From Ginglymostoma cirratum (lineage: Eukaryota): a DNA stretch of 41,915 nt. The notes below the pieces were generated by a model. The model did not search any database and was not told where the DNA came from. It worked only from the letters and a program-made list of their open reading frames with translations. Below are positions 1 to 12,804 of the stretch, in pieces (within the stretch, counting starts at the first letter, position 1; each line of letters opens with the position of its first letter). A program made the position numbers and the translations under genes. Location: assembly GCA_024137785.1 (NCBI GenBank), contig JAHRHZ010000197.1:341688-383602 (forward strand). The letters run 5' to 3'.

Positions 1-2470
1 GTCACTTCCCATTTCCCATTCTTAATAGAGCCCGAGTGGGCCGAAAGGACGTATCAAATCAGTACAATCCCCAAAGCCTCAAGAGGTACCCGAAGATTTT
101 CCTCGCCTATAACCTTTACCATGGGGCCAATCTGTTTTGGGGTCACAGGGCCATTATGACCAAGGTGACATGAGGGACTGACTCGGGACCCATTTCAAAC
201 AAGGAACCCTGGTATGAGTCAAATCAATCACCGTTCCCAGTCCCAAGGAGCCGAAATAAATCCTTCCCCCAAAGCAAAGGGCATAATTCTCTGACTCAGG
301 ATTTTTAGAGAATAAGGCTGTGCAATGGGTAAGCAAATGATGTAAATAGCGCAGGCACTCGTCATTCCTATCTCCCAGAGCTGCAGCTGAGCACACCAAC
401 ATTTTCTCAAGGGGTTTGTTCAGTAGTTGCCAACAATGAAAAATAGATTTTAGAGCTTCCATTTGTTGAGCAGCAGAATATAGGCTTGTGGAACTGAATG
501 TTCGGGCAATTCGAGAAATAGTACATGCTGAGTGCAGTGACTCGTGGCCCCTAACTTGCAAAGTGCTTGGCATCCTAATAAGCTCACTGTTTGGCAATGA
601 CAAAGGTCTCACGCACACTATGATCTCCAATTTGTATAGGCACGGGATGGGACAAGGGCTCAACCAGAGGAATTCTGGCTACTCCGACAGTAGAAATCTT
701 TTTAGATTCTACAGAGTGGGGTATAGATGAAATTATCGCGCTGGAATCAAATAGAAAAGTTACTCGTCTCCCTTTCTGCCTTTATTTCTGCCATTGGGTC
801 CTCCTGGGGAGAAGAGGATAATCTGATCAATGCAGCCTGTATTGCTGTCCCTCCATGGCACCCTTATTGTCCCTGAGAGAAAGAGTGTTAAGCGAAAAGC
901 CACTCTGTTTCTGAGCTATTCTGTGGGTGCCTCTGCCCCGCTGCAGCAGTCCCTGGCCCAATGGCCTTTCTACCCCCATCTCTGGCAGACATCCTGCTCC
1001 CCAGGTTCTTGGCAGTACTGTTATTATTAGAAGTTGCATATGGGACGTCCTGGCCCACAGTCAGGGACTCGTTTGCTGTTCCTCGGCAGGATTCTCGGCA
1101 GTGTGGAGGAACAGGAACTTGGGGTCCAAGTCCGTAGATCCTCAAAGTTGCTACCCAAGTTGATAGGGTTGTAAAGAAAGGTATGTTGGCTTTCATTGGC
1201 AGGGGAATTGAGTTTAAGAGCTGTGAAGTTATGCTGCAGCTGTATAAAGTAAAGTGTTAGACCACACTTGGAATATTGTGTTCAATTCTGGGCACCTCAT
1301 TATAGGAAAGATGTGGAAGCTTTAGAGAGGGTGCAGGTTTTATGAGGAAAAGTTGAGGGAGTTAGGGCCTTTTTCACTGGAACAAAGAAGGATGAGAGGT
1401 GACTTGATAGAGGTCTGCAAGATGATGAGAGGCATAGATAGAATAGCAGGGTGGAAATGACTATTACGAGGGGGCATAATTTTAAGGAAGGTATAGATAG
1501 TATAGAAGGTTCTTCTTCTATACTGTGAGATAGGTTCTTCACACAGAGAGTGGTGGGCGTGTGGAATGTGCTGCTGGCAGTGGTAGTGGAGTCAGATACT
1601 TTAGAGACTTTTAAGTGACTCTTGGATAGGCACAGGGAGGGTAAAATGTAGGGTATGCAGGGTAGATTGATCTTAGTATGATAATAGGCTGGCACAACAT
1701 CATGTTCCGTGTTCTGTTTCTTCCCTGCCCTCGATCACCTTTCATTGGTTACCTCTGTTGCCTCCAGATCTAAACCGTTGGACAAATTGGCCTTTAAGTT
1801 GACTTGATCTTTTTGTAAACAAGCCTTGCCCTATCCATGTTGGTCAGAGATGTAATAATCTCGTTCCATCCCTGCTGCTGCCATGTCAGGTTTGCCAATT
1901 TAAAAGCATGCGCTGTATTAGGATCAAGGCAATTTGTATGGCTAGGGGTCTGTGCTGCTCAAGTACCACACTGCTGAGGATTCCCAAGTATCCTTAAATC
2001 TAGCAATGAAGTCTGTTAACTGCTCACCCTTTTTCTGGATACATCTGGTCACTTCCCTGAAATCACTATGCTGTCTGGCCCTCTTTGGCTCATGTCCTGG
2101 AACCAGGAACTCTTGTTCCCATGATCCTAACTGTTATCGTCAGGGACGGAGGAACAGCAAACAAGTGCTTGACCGTGGACCAGGAGGTCCTATATGCAGG
2201 TTCCAGTCAGAGCTGAGACCAAGGTGACCTTTCCCAATTGCACAACCAATTGGACATCTCAGAGGTATAGATCCTGACCAATGAATTTAAAAATCAGCCA
2301 AAATTTCCCAATTGGAAAGTTTCATTCAAATCCCTGTACAGTAATCAATGTAAGATTTCCCTGGATGACAGCCAAGGAATGTAAAGATTTACTCCAAATC
2401 CCCAGTGAATTTAATCAACATTACCCGTGTAATTCCAATTCCTTGACCATTTCCTCAATTCCATCTTGTT
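1..2470 (-). mobile_element. Decayed epsilon/gamma-like endogenous retrovirus gag-pro-pol (interrupted by a CR1 at about 1084-1712; runs off the left edge)
   Basis: Minus-strand frames give a capsid MHR-like CIQKKGEQLTDFIARFKDTW (~1983-2043), a degenerate zinc knuckle DVCQRWG*KGHWARDC (~945-992), protease motifs RVTFLFDSSA and LLGCQALCKLGA (~545-775), then HCTA, PHVTL and PKQIGPMVK. Stops and frameshifts are present. Confidence 0.85.
1084..1712 (+). mobile_element. CR1-type LINE 3' fragment
   Basis: RT C-terminal motifs ([18 protein letters not shown]) plus a 3' UTR ending in ggcacaacatc..gttct; homologous to 3835-4955. Confidence 0.85.
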
Positions 2471-3095
2471 TTTTTTTTATTTATTCATGAAATATGTGTG
2501 TGCGTGTCATTGGCTAGGCCAGTATTTATTGCTGATCCCAACAGCCCTTGAGAAGGTGGTGGTGACCTTCTGCAGTTCATCTACTGCAGGTAGACTCACA
2601 ATGCCTTCAGGGAGGGAATTCTAGGATTCTGTCAGTGACACTGACAATGGTCATGTTGGTGACTGGCTTGGAAGGGAACTTGCTGGCAGTGATGTTCCCA
2701 TATATCTGTTGTCCATGTCCTTCTAGATGGAAGCGCTCGTTGGCGATTTGTAAGGTGCTACATATGGAGTCTTTGTGAATTGCTTCTTGTAAATTGCTGC
2801 TGTTGAGCATTGGTACGGAGGGAGTGGATGTTTGCAGCTGCAGTGCCAATCAAGTGGGGAAGATTCCATCCTGACTTATAGATGGCAGACTGGACTTGAG
2901 GAATCAAAAGGTGAGTTTCTCACTACAGGATTCCTAGCCTCTGATCTGTTTTTGTAGCTCCACATCCGTTTCTGATCAACTGGAAACGCCAAGATGTGGA
3001 TAGTGGAATATTTAGTGATGATGACCCCACTGAATACCAAGGGATGATGCTTTCACTTGTTCTTGGACATGTTCGTTGTTTGGCATTTGGCCTGT
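2470..3095 (-). mobile_element. Degenerate LINE 3' fragment (same family as 33108-34210)
   Basis: Shares cccttgagaaggtggtggtga, ttctagatggaag and the atgaataa tail with 33108-34210. Confidence 0.7.
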
Positions 3096-3514
3096 TGTTA
3101 CAGGCCTCAACACGAGCAATAGACAATTCCCGAATGAAGAGGGCAAGTGAGGTCTCACCACCAGTTTAGATCATCCGCTCAATGGCAATCTGAAAATTAT
3201 ACTTGAGAATGGGCTCTCAGGCCCAATGGATTTAAGTCTGCTCCTGTCACCCATCTTCACCATCCTCTATTACCAAAGTTGTTGTTGTCCAAGTAACAGG
3301 TAAACTATCTAACAGGTAAATCATCAAGACAGCCCAGAACAACTACAGCATGTCTGGAGTCGCCATGATGACTCTATAAGGAGTGGGAATCCGAGAAAAG
3401 AGGGAGTAACGGCTTAAAACTGCAACGGCAAAAGTGAATAAATCCCAACACAACACAGAGCCTGTAAATAAAACCAGACATTGATTCCTCCCTATATCTG
3501 TTAATGTGCACACA

Positions 3515-5320
3515 TTTAACTTTTAAGGTAGCTATGAATAAGGATAGTCAGGACCTTGCAGGAAGGTACTAAACTGGGGGAAGGCAAATTGCATCAGTAT
3601 TAGGTAAGAGTTGGGAGTGTTAACTGGGAAGAGCCGTTATTGGGCAATTCCACATTTGACATGTGGGAATTGTTTAAAAACCTACTGATCAGAATTTAGG
3701 ACTGGCACGTTCCAGTAATGTGGCAAGATAAGGGACCCTTGGATAACAAGGGAGGTTGTGATTTAGTCAAAACAATAAAAGAAACAAAAAAAGAAACGTT
3801 TAGGAAGCTAAAATTGGACAGGGCCCATGAGGAACAGAGAACAATACAGCGCAGAAGAGGCCCTTATACCTTGCACCGACCTGTGAACTAATCTAAGCCC
3901 ATCCCCTTATACTATCCCATCATCATCCATATGCTTATCCAAGGACTGTTTAAATGCCCCTAATGTGGCTGAGTTAACTACATTGGCAGGCATTACCACT
4001 CTCTGAGTAAAGAACCTGCCTCTGACATCTGTCTTAAATCTATCACCCCTCAATTTGCAGCTATGCCCCCTCGTACTAGCCAACGTCATCATCCGAGGAA
4101 AAAGACTCTCACTGTCCACCCTATCTAATCCTCTGATCATTTTGTATGTCTCTATAAAATGTCTCTAAGAGGGGACTCTTAGCCTTCTTCTCTCCAATGA
4201 GAACAGACCCAAGTCCCTCAGCCATTCCTCATTAGACCTTCGCTCCAGACCAGGCAACATCCTGGTAAATCTCCTCTGCATCTTTTCCAATGCTTCCACA
4301 TCCTTCCTGTAATGGGGCGACCAGAACTGTATGCAATATTCCAAGTGAGGCCGCACTAGCGTTTTGTACAGTTGCAGCATGACATCACGGCTCCGGAACT
4401 CAATCCCTCTACCAATGAAACCTAACACACCGTATGCCTTCTTAACAGCACTATCAACCTGGGTGGCAACTTTCAGGGATCTACGTACCTGGACACCAAG
4501 ATCCCTCTGCACATCCACACTACCAAGAATCTTTCCATTGACCCAGTATTCTGCCTTCCTATTATTCTTCCCAAAGTGCATCACCTCACATTTATCTGCA
4601 TTGAACTCCTTTCAGCCCAATTCTGCAGTTTATCCAAGTCTCCCTGCAACCTGCAACATTCTTCCACACTGTCCACCACTTTAGTGTTTACCGCTTTACC
4701 GACTTTAGAGTCATCTGCAAACTTACTAACCCATCCACCTAAGTCTGCGTACAAGTCATTTACAAAAATGACAAACAGCAGTGGTCCCAAAACAGATCCT
4801 TGTGGCACACCACTAGTGTGCCACAAGGACTCCAGGCTGAATATTTTCCATCAACCACCATTCTTTGCCTTCTTTCAGAAAGCCAGAAATCCAAACTGCT
4901 AAATCTCCCTCAATCCCATGCCTCCGCATTTTCTCCAATAGCCTACCATGTGGAATGTAAGGAAAACCCAAAAGAATTCAAGCAGGAGAGCAATGTGGGG
5001 TTAAAGAGAATCCCAAGGCATTCTTTACATACTTTAAAACCAAGAAGATAACTAGGGAGATAGTAGGACCACTCAAGGATAAAGGAGGAAACTTGTGCTT
5101 GGAGGCAGAGGATGTGGGCAAGATCCTTTGCATTGGCATTCACCCAGGCAAAGGACACGGAGGATAGTGAGATTAGTGTGGAGCTTATTGATAAGCTAGG
5201 GTATGTTGAGATCAAGAAAGAAGTGGTGTTGGGTCTCTTGAAGAGCATTAAGGATATGTCCCCAGGGCCTGTTGGTACATATACCAGGTTATTGAGAGAG
5301 ACAAGAGAGGAGATTGCTGG
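3515..5320 (+). mobile_element. CR1 ORF2 fragment split by an antisense CR1 insertion
   Basis: Linker-region similarity (aactgggggaaggcaaat, gagaatcccaaggcattc, SPGP-like motif) on both sides of 3835-4955. Confidence 0.7.
3835..4955 (-). mobile_element. CR1-type LINE 3' fragment (RT domain and 3' end)
   Basis: ORFs contain SGVPQGSVLGPLLF, KFADDSK, RDLGV and [19 protein letters not shown]. Confidence 0.92.
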
Positions 5321-5374
5321 GCAGTATCGGTTGAAGTATCAGTGGGGGAGCATTTTACATATAAAAACCAATAA

Positions 5375-5480
5375 TCCAGATAAAAACCAAAAGAACAGAG
5401 GTCAGTCACTGGACCCGAAATGTTAACTCTGATTTCTCTCCACAGATGCTGCCAGACCTACTGAGCATTTTCAGTTTCTG
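5375..5480. repeat. Short Penelope-derived terminal-repeat fragment
   Basis: ctccacagatgctgccagacct also occurs at 16499-16520; acccgaaatgtt resembles the hammerhead half-motif of the other copies. Confidence 0.55.
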
Positions 5481-6223
5481 TTCTAAGATTGTTGGGAAAG
5501 GAGAATATGAGCCTGAAATCTCTTGTTATAAACTGGATGAAGTTTTATTTTACCAATTTTAATAAGGTCAGATATTAATTAGTCAGAGTGGAATAAGAGC
5601 AAATACTTTTGGTAAATCTCCGTTAGAACATATTCAAGAAGAAAATAGGGATAGTAGAGGGCCAAAATTTTCCAATAAAGATAAAGGGTAGGACCAACAA
5701 ATCCATTGATGCTTGTATATCAAGGGATATGCAGGATTGAACAAGCAGAAAAAAGGGGAGACATCAAGGGCTGAAAGCAGCAGAAGCCCCAGAGGACTTT
5801 TCTTTTCTTCATTTCTGTATATAAGAATTGTACCTAAGTACCTAAGATGGTGCTGTAAGTGGTGACTTATAAATTTTTCATTGCATGAGTACATGTGAGT
5901 ACAATAAAGCTAATTCAACTCAATTCAAGAGGAGAACAGAATGCACAAAGGGAAATTTAAATAGGAAACTAGGAAAGCAAAACTAGGCACTTAAAAATCA
6001 TGGTAGGTAAAATAAAGGAAAATAATATGTTATTTTACAAGTATTGTTATGGATCAAACCAAACCATCAAACATATCAAGGAGATAGCCTAAATTCTAAT
6101 TTTTATCTTATTTAAAGGCAAATGTAAGATGCTGTATTCCAGATGTAACTACCCAGCTTTAAGCGAAACATACTTTATTTTCACCCTACAGTTAAAGCGC
6201 AAACAAAAGAAAGGAGAATTGGT

Positions 6224-7606
6224 TGTGGGATCGTGTTCAAAGAACCAGACGAACGAGATCAGTGAGTGGCAAAAATAGCCTCTTTATTCACAGCAACACG
6301 ATGTAAAGCAAAAATAGAATCCCAAAATCATAGCTCAAAAGTAGCCTCTTTTATAAAGAATTTCAGCATATATTTATTCTAATATATATTCTAACACTTG
6401 AGTGCTAAGCAATGGCTATTGTACAGTAAATAGCCCTGCAGGAAATTGGAGATGTTGGAGGAGACTGCGGGGTCGTAGCTTGTAGCTTCGGGATGGCGCT
6501 TGTTGGCAGCCGTACTTTGTAAAAGAGAAAACGATCTTTAATACTAGAGTTTTGATGGACATACCATTCTGCCATCTCCGAGTCAGTAATGGGAATAGGG
6601 TAGAGTGGGATCCCCCATTTGGGGTGATTCTGTAAAGCGGGGGAGGTGATGGTCTAGTGGTATTATCGCTGGACTGTTAATCCAGACACCCAGATAACAT
6701 TCTGAGGACCTGGGTTCAAATCCTACAGCAGATGGTGGAATTTGAGCTCAACAAATATCTGGAATTTAGAATCTAATGATGACCGGGGGAGGAGAAAGGA
6801 AGAAAGGTTCACTAATGTCCTTTAAGGAAGGAAACTGCCATCCTTACCTGGTCTGGCCTACATGTAACTCCAGACCCACAGTCACCTGGTTGACTCTTAA
6901 CTGCCCTCTGGGCAGCAATAAATGCTGCCTAGCCAGCAACGCCCTCATCCCGTGAATGAATAAAGGAAAAAAAAAACACATTTGGGCTGTTGTGGAATTC
7001 AGGTATTGTTATTATTAACAATAACAGTGTATTGTTATTGTCATACAGTAAAGGCAAACCATGACTGTACTTCAGGTGCTGACCAGAAGCCGTTAGCCAT
7101 ATCTACAGCTGAAAACCACTTGTGGTCTGATGTTAAGGCACTAAACATAGTAGAGGGATCAGCTATCAGTGGGGCCTTTTGATCAATGCACTCATTAGCC
7201 TTTCTACAGTCCACAGTGAGTCTCCATTCCCCCCTTGTCTTCCACACGGGCCACACCAGGCTGTCAGAGATGTGTTTCTGGTGTTTTTACCAGAATTCCC
7301 TTTTCCTAAGACTAGAGTCTTTGAATTATTGGAAGGATTCCTGTAATTGATATTGAGCTGATGGGATACTGTTTGGTGCAAGACAGGGGTATCCCTGTAA
7401 AGGTCACAGGTTCCATTTCCAGTAACGCTCAGTCATCCTTGTCTTTCGCCCAGATCGGGTGGTCTTTTACTTACTCCCTCTGTAGGGGTCTGATGGACCA
7501 CTTTATTTGTCCATCATCAAAATCTAAGAATGATTTTAATTGGATGAGGATATCCATTCCGAACAGCAGCTAGGTTACAGGTCCTACCCATACATAGGAT
7601 AGATCA
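6224..7606 (-). mobile_element. Retroviral PR-end/RT fragment (class III/SnRV-like) with an LTR-like end
   Basis: WPVWKTRGEWRLTVDCRKAN...WFSAVDMANGFWS..WFAFT (7041-7256); TG...CA ends with a tggt TSD. Confidence 0.7.
6639..6977 (+). mobile_element. tRNA-derived SINE
   Basis: A box tggtctagtgg, B box gggttcaaatcc, tail atgaataaa plus oligo-A; a second copy lies at 22087-22420 (-). Confidence 0.85.
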
Positions 7607-8869
7607 TGGTGCAACGTTAACTCTATTGGAAAAATTGACAGAATAATAGATTATGTAACTATTGAATTGTTCCAATATAGTAACATTCCATAAACACACC
7701 CATGGCAAAGGCAAATTCAGTAAAATAGATTGTTTCACATGTGTTGTGTTCTTTTCTCTTGTTTCTCCACTCCAGGAGAAAACTCTGGGAGAGAGGGGTT
7801 TAGTAGCGGCCACAACCAACTTCAAAACCCCAACAGCTATTGAAAGCTAAACTAAAACCCAGGTTTTGTGGGAGCCTGACTTCACCCACTGATGTTGCTT
7901 CTACTGTTCTAACTTAAAAAACACAAGGCCTCACAAGCTGTTTCCTTCATTGGCTTGGAAGATACAGCTCAGTACCTACAGCTCAAAACCTCTAAAAACA
8001 AAAGCCCTCTCGTAGTATCGTCACACCTCCCCTCTTAAAAAAATGAACTTTAGATATACAAAGATTTTTAAAAGCTGTTAGTCTTGTGCTACAATGTATA
8101 ATTACATTGACTCTCAGCATGCAAACATTCAATACTGCAGTTCATTTCAGTACGTTTCCTTGCCACCAAACATCTTTAAAATTCCTTCATCAAAGTTGTG
8201 TATCAGCAATTAGGTTCTCTCGTCCTGCCACGTGAATAATTTCAAATTAAATGGTTGTAACAATAAACACCATAAATGGTCCGTATTTATATCTTTAAAT
8301 TTTTCCAAAAATGTTATAATCAGCATATACAATTGTCTTAGACGCATTATAGATAACATAACATAACATCTAACATAAATGCTGAAATTTTGCAAAGTCA
8401 AACTAAACTCAAGATACCTTTCTCTTGAATACTTCTATTGTTGAATATTCAGCTTTCTGGAAAAGTACCTAATAGGTCATTCTATCTTCTCATTGTCTTC
8501 TTGCAAGAGTACTGCACCGGCATCCATATCACTTGCATGGATAATTCGGTACAGCTAACATTGGGCCAGTGGTTAATACAGTTCTCAGGCTGTCAAATGC
8601 CTTTTGACATTCCTCCATCCACTGAAATTTTCTAGACTTCTTCAACAAGTCAGTCAATGGAGCAACCACACTGCTAAAATTTGTTATGAATTTTTGAAAA
8701 CACCCAGGAATTGTCATAATTCCCTCTTCATCAATGGTATGGGAAATGTCCCAACAACCTTTGTTTTCACATCCCATGGGGTCATCTGTCCATATCCAGT
8801 GACATTGCCGAGGAACATAACTTGGGTTTTTATGAACTCATTTTTAGCCAGGTTTATCACCAAGCCCCG

Positions 8870-9075
8870 AGAACAAAATATGCTGGAAATCACAGCGGTC
8901 AGGCAGCATTCGTGGAGAGAGAGCAAGATAATGTTTCGAGTCTAGATGACGGTTCTTCATCTAGACTCAAAACGTTAGCTTGCTCTCTCTCCATAGATGC
9001 TGTCTGACCTGCTGTGATCTCCATCACGTTTTGTTTTCAGTACAGATTCCAGTATCTGCAGTAATTTACTCTTAT
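8870..9075. mobile_element. Foldback (palindromic) short element inserted in the Gypsy RT
   Basis: About 80-bp imperfect inverted arms centred on gagtctagatga-cggttct-tcatctagactc. Confidence 0.75.
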
Positions 9076-11221
9076 CCTCAAGTCAGTTGAATAATTCTGA
9101 CAGATACTCCAAACGTTCCTCCCATATATGACTCAAATCACCACATCATCTATGTACACCACACAACTGGGTAATCCTAAAATGACTGGTTAGTGTTTGA
9201 AATGTGGCTGATGCATTTTTCATACCAAATTGCATAAGTTGCCAGTATCCTCAGAGTAAGTACAGCTTCTAATTATAAGTTGCTTGTCCTACCTTCTCAA
9301 TACAGTCTTCCAGCTATGGAATAGGATATGAATCAGATTTCAAAACTGCATTCACTTTTCAGTAATCAATACCATCTGGTTTTGGCACTATGGGTGAGCT
9401 CCATTCACTGCAACTCACTTTGATAATTTGTGCATGCTTTCAATCTCTTTTTGAACCTGTACCAATTTCATAGGTTAGGTCTATAAGGATGTTTCTTAAT
9501 TGGAACAGAATTTCCTATCTCTACATCATGCAATACACCTTAGTATTTCCCAGTTTACATATTCCCACATATCTCTCCATGTGATTATAATAACTCTTTC
9601 AGGTCATTTCAATTTTCCTCTGGAAGGTAACTTAGTTTATCCCAATTTTTGAGACCTTCCTCATTATCCAATTTAATATGAGGAATATCAAGTTCAAATT
9701 TATCTGGATTTGGTTCTTTACTCCAAATTGTAACAAGTACGACATTCTCCTTTTGCTTCCCTTCCCTTTAGCATATTCGCATGACACATTCTTAGTCTTC
9801 CTTCTATCTGGAGTTCTTATCAAATAATTTACCTCACTCATTCCCTTTCAATTTGACCAGTAAACCTCGCCTTTAAAAGGTTCATCTACCACTGGTAGTA
9901 ATACTAAAACTTTAACTCCTCTAGCAAAACTGAACTTTTGATTTCTTTTCTACTTCCAGTTCTCCTGCTGTCCTACTCAATTGCTGTCTGGCCAACTCAC
10001 CAACTCTATCTAATCTTTCCCTAAAATATTATTTCCACTTTTTATTTTATGGAGGGGGTCCTATGCAATCAATTAAGACTCTTGTAACAGGTTCCTCAAA
10101 TGCTGGAATGTGTTAACAGCACTGGTTTTATCACTACTTGAGGTTTTCCTATCACCTGATGTATGTGACATGTCCAGCAAAATTCAACCACATCCATATG
10201 TCGTCCAAGCCAATAAAAAATGTTTTTATATTTTGGCTGGAGTTTTCCTTACTCCCTACTGACATCCTACCTGATCTGCTACCTACAACACCGTCTTTCT
10301 ATAATCCACCGGTAATATAACTTGATGAGCTTCTGCCCAATTTTCACCAACCCGAGTATGTAATGGTCTCCAGTTCCTCATCAGGACTTCATTTTTAAGA
10401 TAGCAACATTCCGGGTTACACTCAGATTCTTCTGTGCATGCTGTTTGATACAGCTGTTTCTTTCGCCCCATCTCGCCCTAGTTGTAATTCAACTAACCCC
10501 TCTGAACTGAAAACATCCATTTGGTCCTCCACCTGTTTTTTTCTCAGCCATTTGACCAAAAATGGTCTCTGGTGACTAAACTTGAACATCCTTATTTTAA
10601 CTCTTTGAGATATCCTCCTGTTTCAAGCTGTTGCTTTGTAACCTTGTTAGATCCCAGGGTATACTTCCTCAATCTCAATCACCCGATTGTCCACTGGCTT
10701 TCAATCACAGTAAGCATCACTCCTATCTGTAATCCAGCTATATCATTCGAGAGGATAAACTGTATCTCTGGAACAGAGAATTTCTCTATCATTCCTACCA
10801 CCACTTTTCACCACAATTTCCAATGTCACCTTATACAATGGAACTCAGCTCTTCTCACCATGAAATCCACATATTACCACCTTTTCTCACAATACTCCTG
10901 CCAAAGAATATAACTCCACATCTCTCACCATTAAAGATTGACTTGCATTTCTTAAAATTTTAATGTGGTATATGAACCTTACCCATACAGGTAAATTCTC
11001 TAAAGAGATCTGGTACTTTTTTTAAACCAACCTCTGGCCAGGGTGTACATTCTTTTGCAGCTCTTTAGCTTCCACTGGGATCTCCTTTTCCATTTTAATA
11101 AACGCTACTGGCTTATCCTGTTTTACCACATCTGTCTTCTCAGTGCTTTTCCCAAAATGCCAAAACTACGATTTCTTATGTCCTTTTTTATTAGTGAAAA
11201 CACCTCAGGTTTTTTTTAAAA

Positions 11222-11620
11222 AGAGATAGTAAGAACTGCAGATGCTGGAGTCAGAGATAACACAGTGTGGAGCTGAAGGAGCACAGTGGGCCAGGCAGCA
11301 TCACAGGAGCAGGAAAGTTGACGTTTCGTGTTGGGACCCTTCTTCAGAAATGGGGGAGGGGAAACGGAGCTCTGAAATAAATAGAGAGGAGGGGTGGGGC
11401 TGGGGAAGGTAGGTGGGATGGTGATTGGTGAGTGCAGGTAGGCAGTGGTGGGGATTGGTTACTGAGGTAGGAGGAGCGGATAGATGGGAGAGAAGATGGA
11501 CAGGCTGTGTCAAGGAGGTGGAGATGAGAGGGTTGGTTGGTCATGGAATGAGGTCTGAGGTGGGGAGATTTTGATACTGGTAAAGTCCATGTTGAGACCA
11601 CCGGGTTGTAGGCTCCCAAG
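11222..11620. mobile_element. Penelope-like element terminal fragment
   Basis: Highly similar to 36195-36560; carries CTGAAGA...GAAACGTC on the minus strand; flanked by tttttttaa on both sides. Confidence 0.75.
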
Positions 11621-12804
11621 ATTTTTTTAACCATCTCCTTCCCCCTCATGGGTTTCCTTTTTTTAACCTGTGTAAATTATTTTTATTACCTTCAATGAGA
11701 GCTCCTTTTCCTTTACTACCATAAGATTTCTCTTTTCCCCAATTTCTATCCCTCACAAATTGAAATTGCTGTGGAATGCCAAACTTTGATTTATGAACCA
11801 ACTCATAATCATCTGTCATTTCTGCTGCTAATCTTGCAGTTTTAAGTCTTTGTTCTTCCACGAATTCTCACTACTTCAGGAAGTAAATTTTTGAACTCCT
11901 CCAAAATAACAATCTAAGATCTTCATATGTCTGATCTATTTTCGATTATTATTATCCACCTATTGAAGTTATTTGTTTGATCCTTTCAAAGTATGTATGT
12001 TTATCCAGGTTCCCTCCTCAAATTCCTAAAATATTGCCTGCAGGCTTCTGGAACGAGTTCATGTGCACTTAAAATGGCTTTTCATGTTCCTCTTATAGTG
12101 ATGCAGATGCCTCACTAGCTCTACCTAACAATTTTGTTTGAATCAAAAATACCCAATTGACACTGGCCATTTCATTTGTTTAGCCACTTTCTCAAATGAA
12201 ATGCAAAAAGGCTTCTACGTCTTTCTCAGCAAACTTTGATAACGCTTGGACATGTTTAAACAGATCCCTACCAGGTTATTGGCTACAATGGATTTGCTCT
12301 TCATCTCCGTCCTCATCATTACTCCTAGCTTCTACCTTTGTCATTTTAAGTCAACCCTCCTCTTTCATTGCCAACTTCTGAATCCTCTCACTTTCTCCCT
12401 CACTTCTGCTACTTTCTTTTTCTTTTTCCCTTGCCATTGCCTCAAATTCAAGTTGCTTCATTTGCAAGTGAATTTTAGCCATTTCCAATTATCCTGAACG
12501 CGTAAATGTTGAGCTATTGCTGCAATTATCGCCACTTTCCTCACAGACACAGGGAACTCCACCTTCAGCTTGCTTGCTAGTTCCGTGGGTTTTACCTTGC
12601 TCACTATACACTACCCAAAGTGACTTCTTCCACCCCCAGGAAACTCTTCGCAACTGAAAGGGTGATTATTACACAAGGCACACTCTATTTAACCCAACCA
12701 AACGCATCACCTGAGAAAAAACACCAACACTCACCACTCACTGTCTTTGAATCCAATAATCCTAAACCTCACCTTGATTTTGATCCCGACAATAGCCCCA
12801 ATTC

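Larger units (their letters stand above)
6045..8025 (-). repeat. 3' LTR of the Gmr1-like element (interrupted at 6224-7606)
   Basis: TG...CA ends, adjacent to the PPT; homologous to 12805-13422. Confidence 0.8.

Noticed and set aside
6639-6730. tRNA gene
   Set aside because: A and B boxes continue into a SINE body and LINE-like tail, with a second dispersed copy; no convincing cloverleaf.
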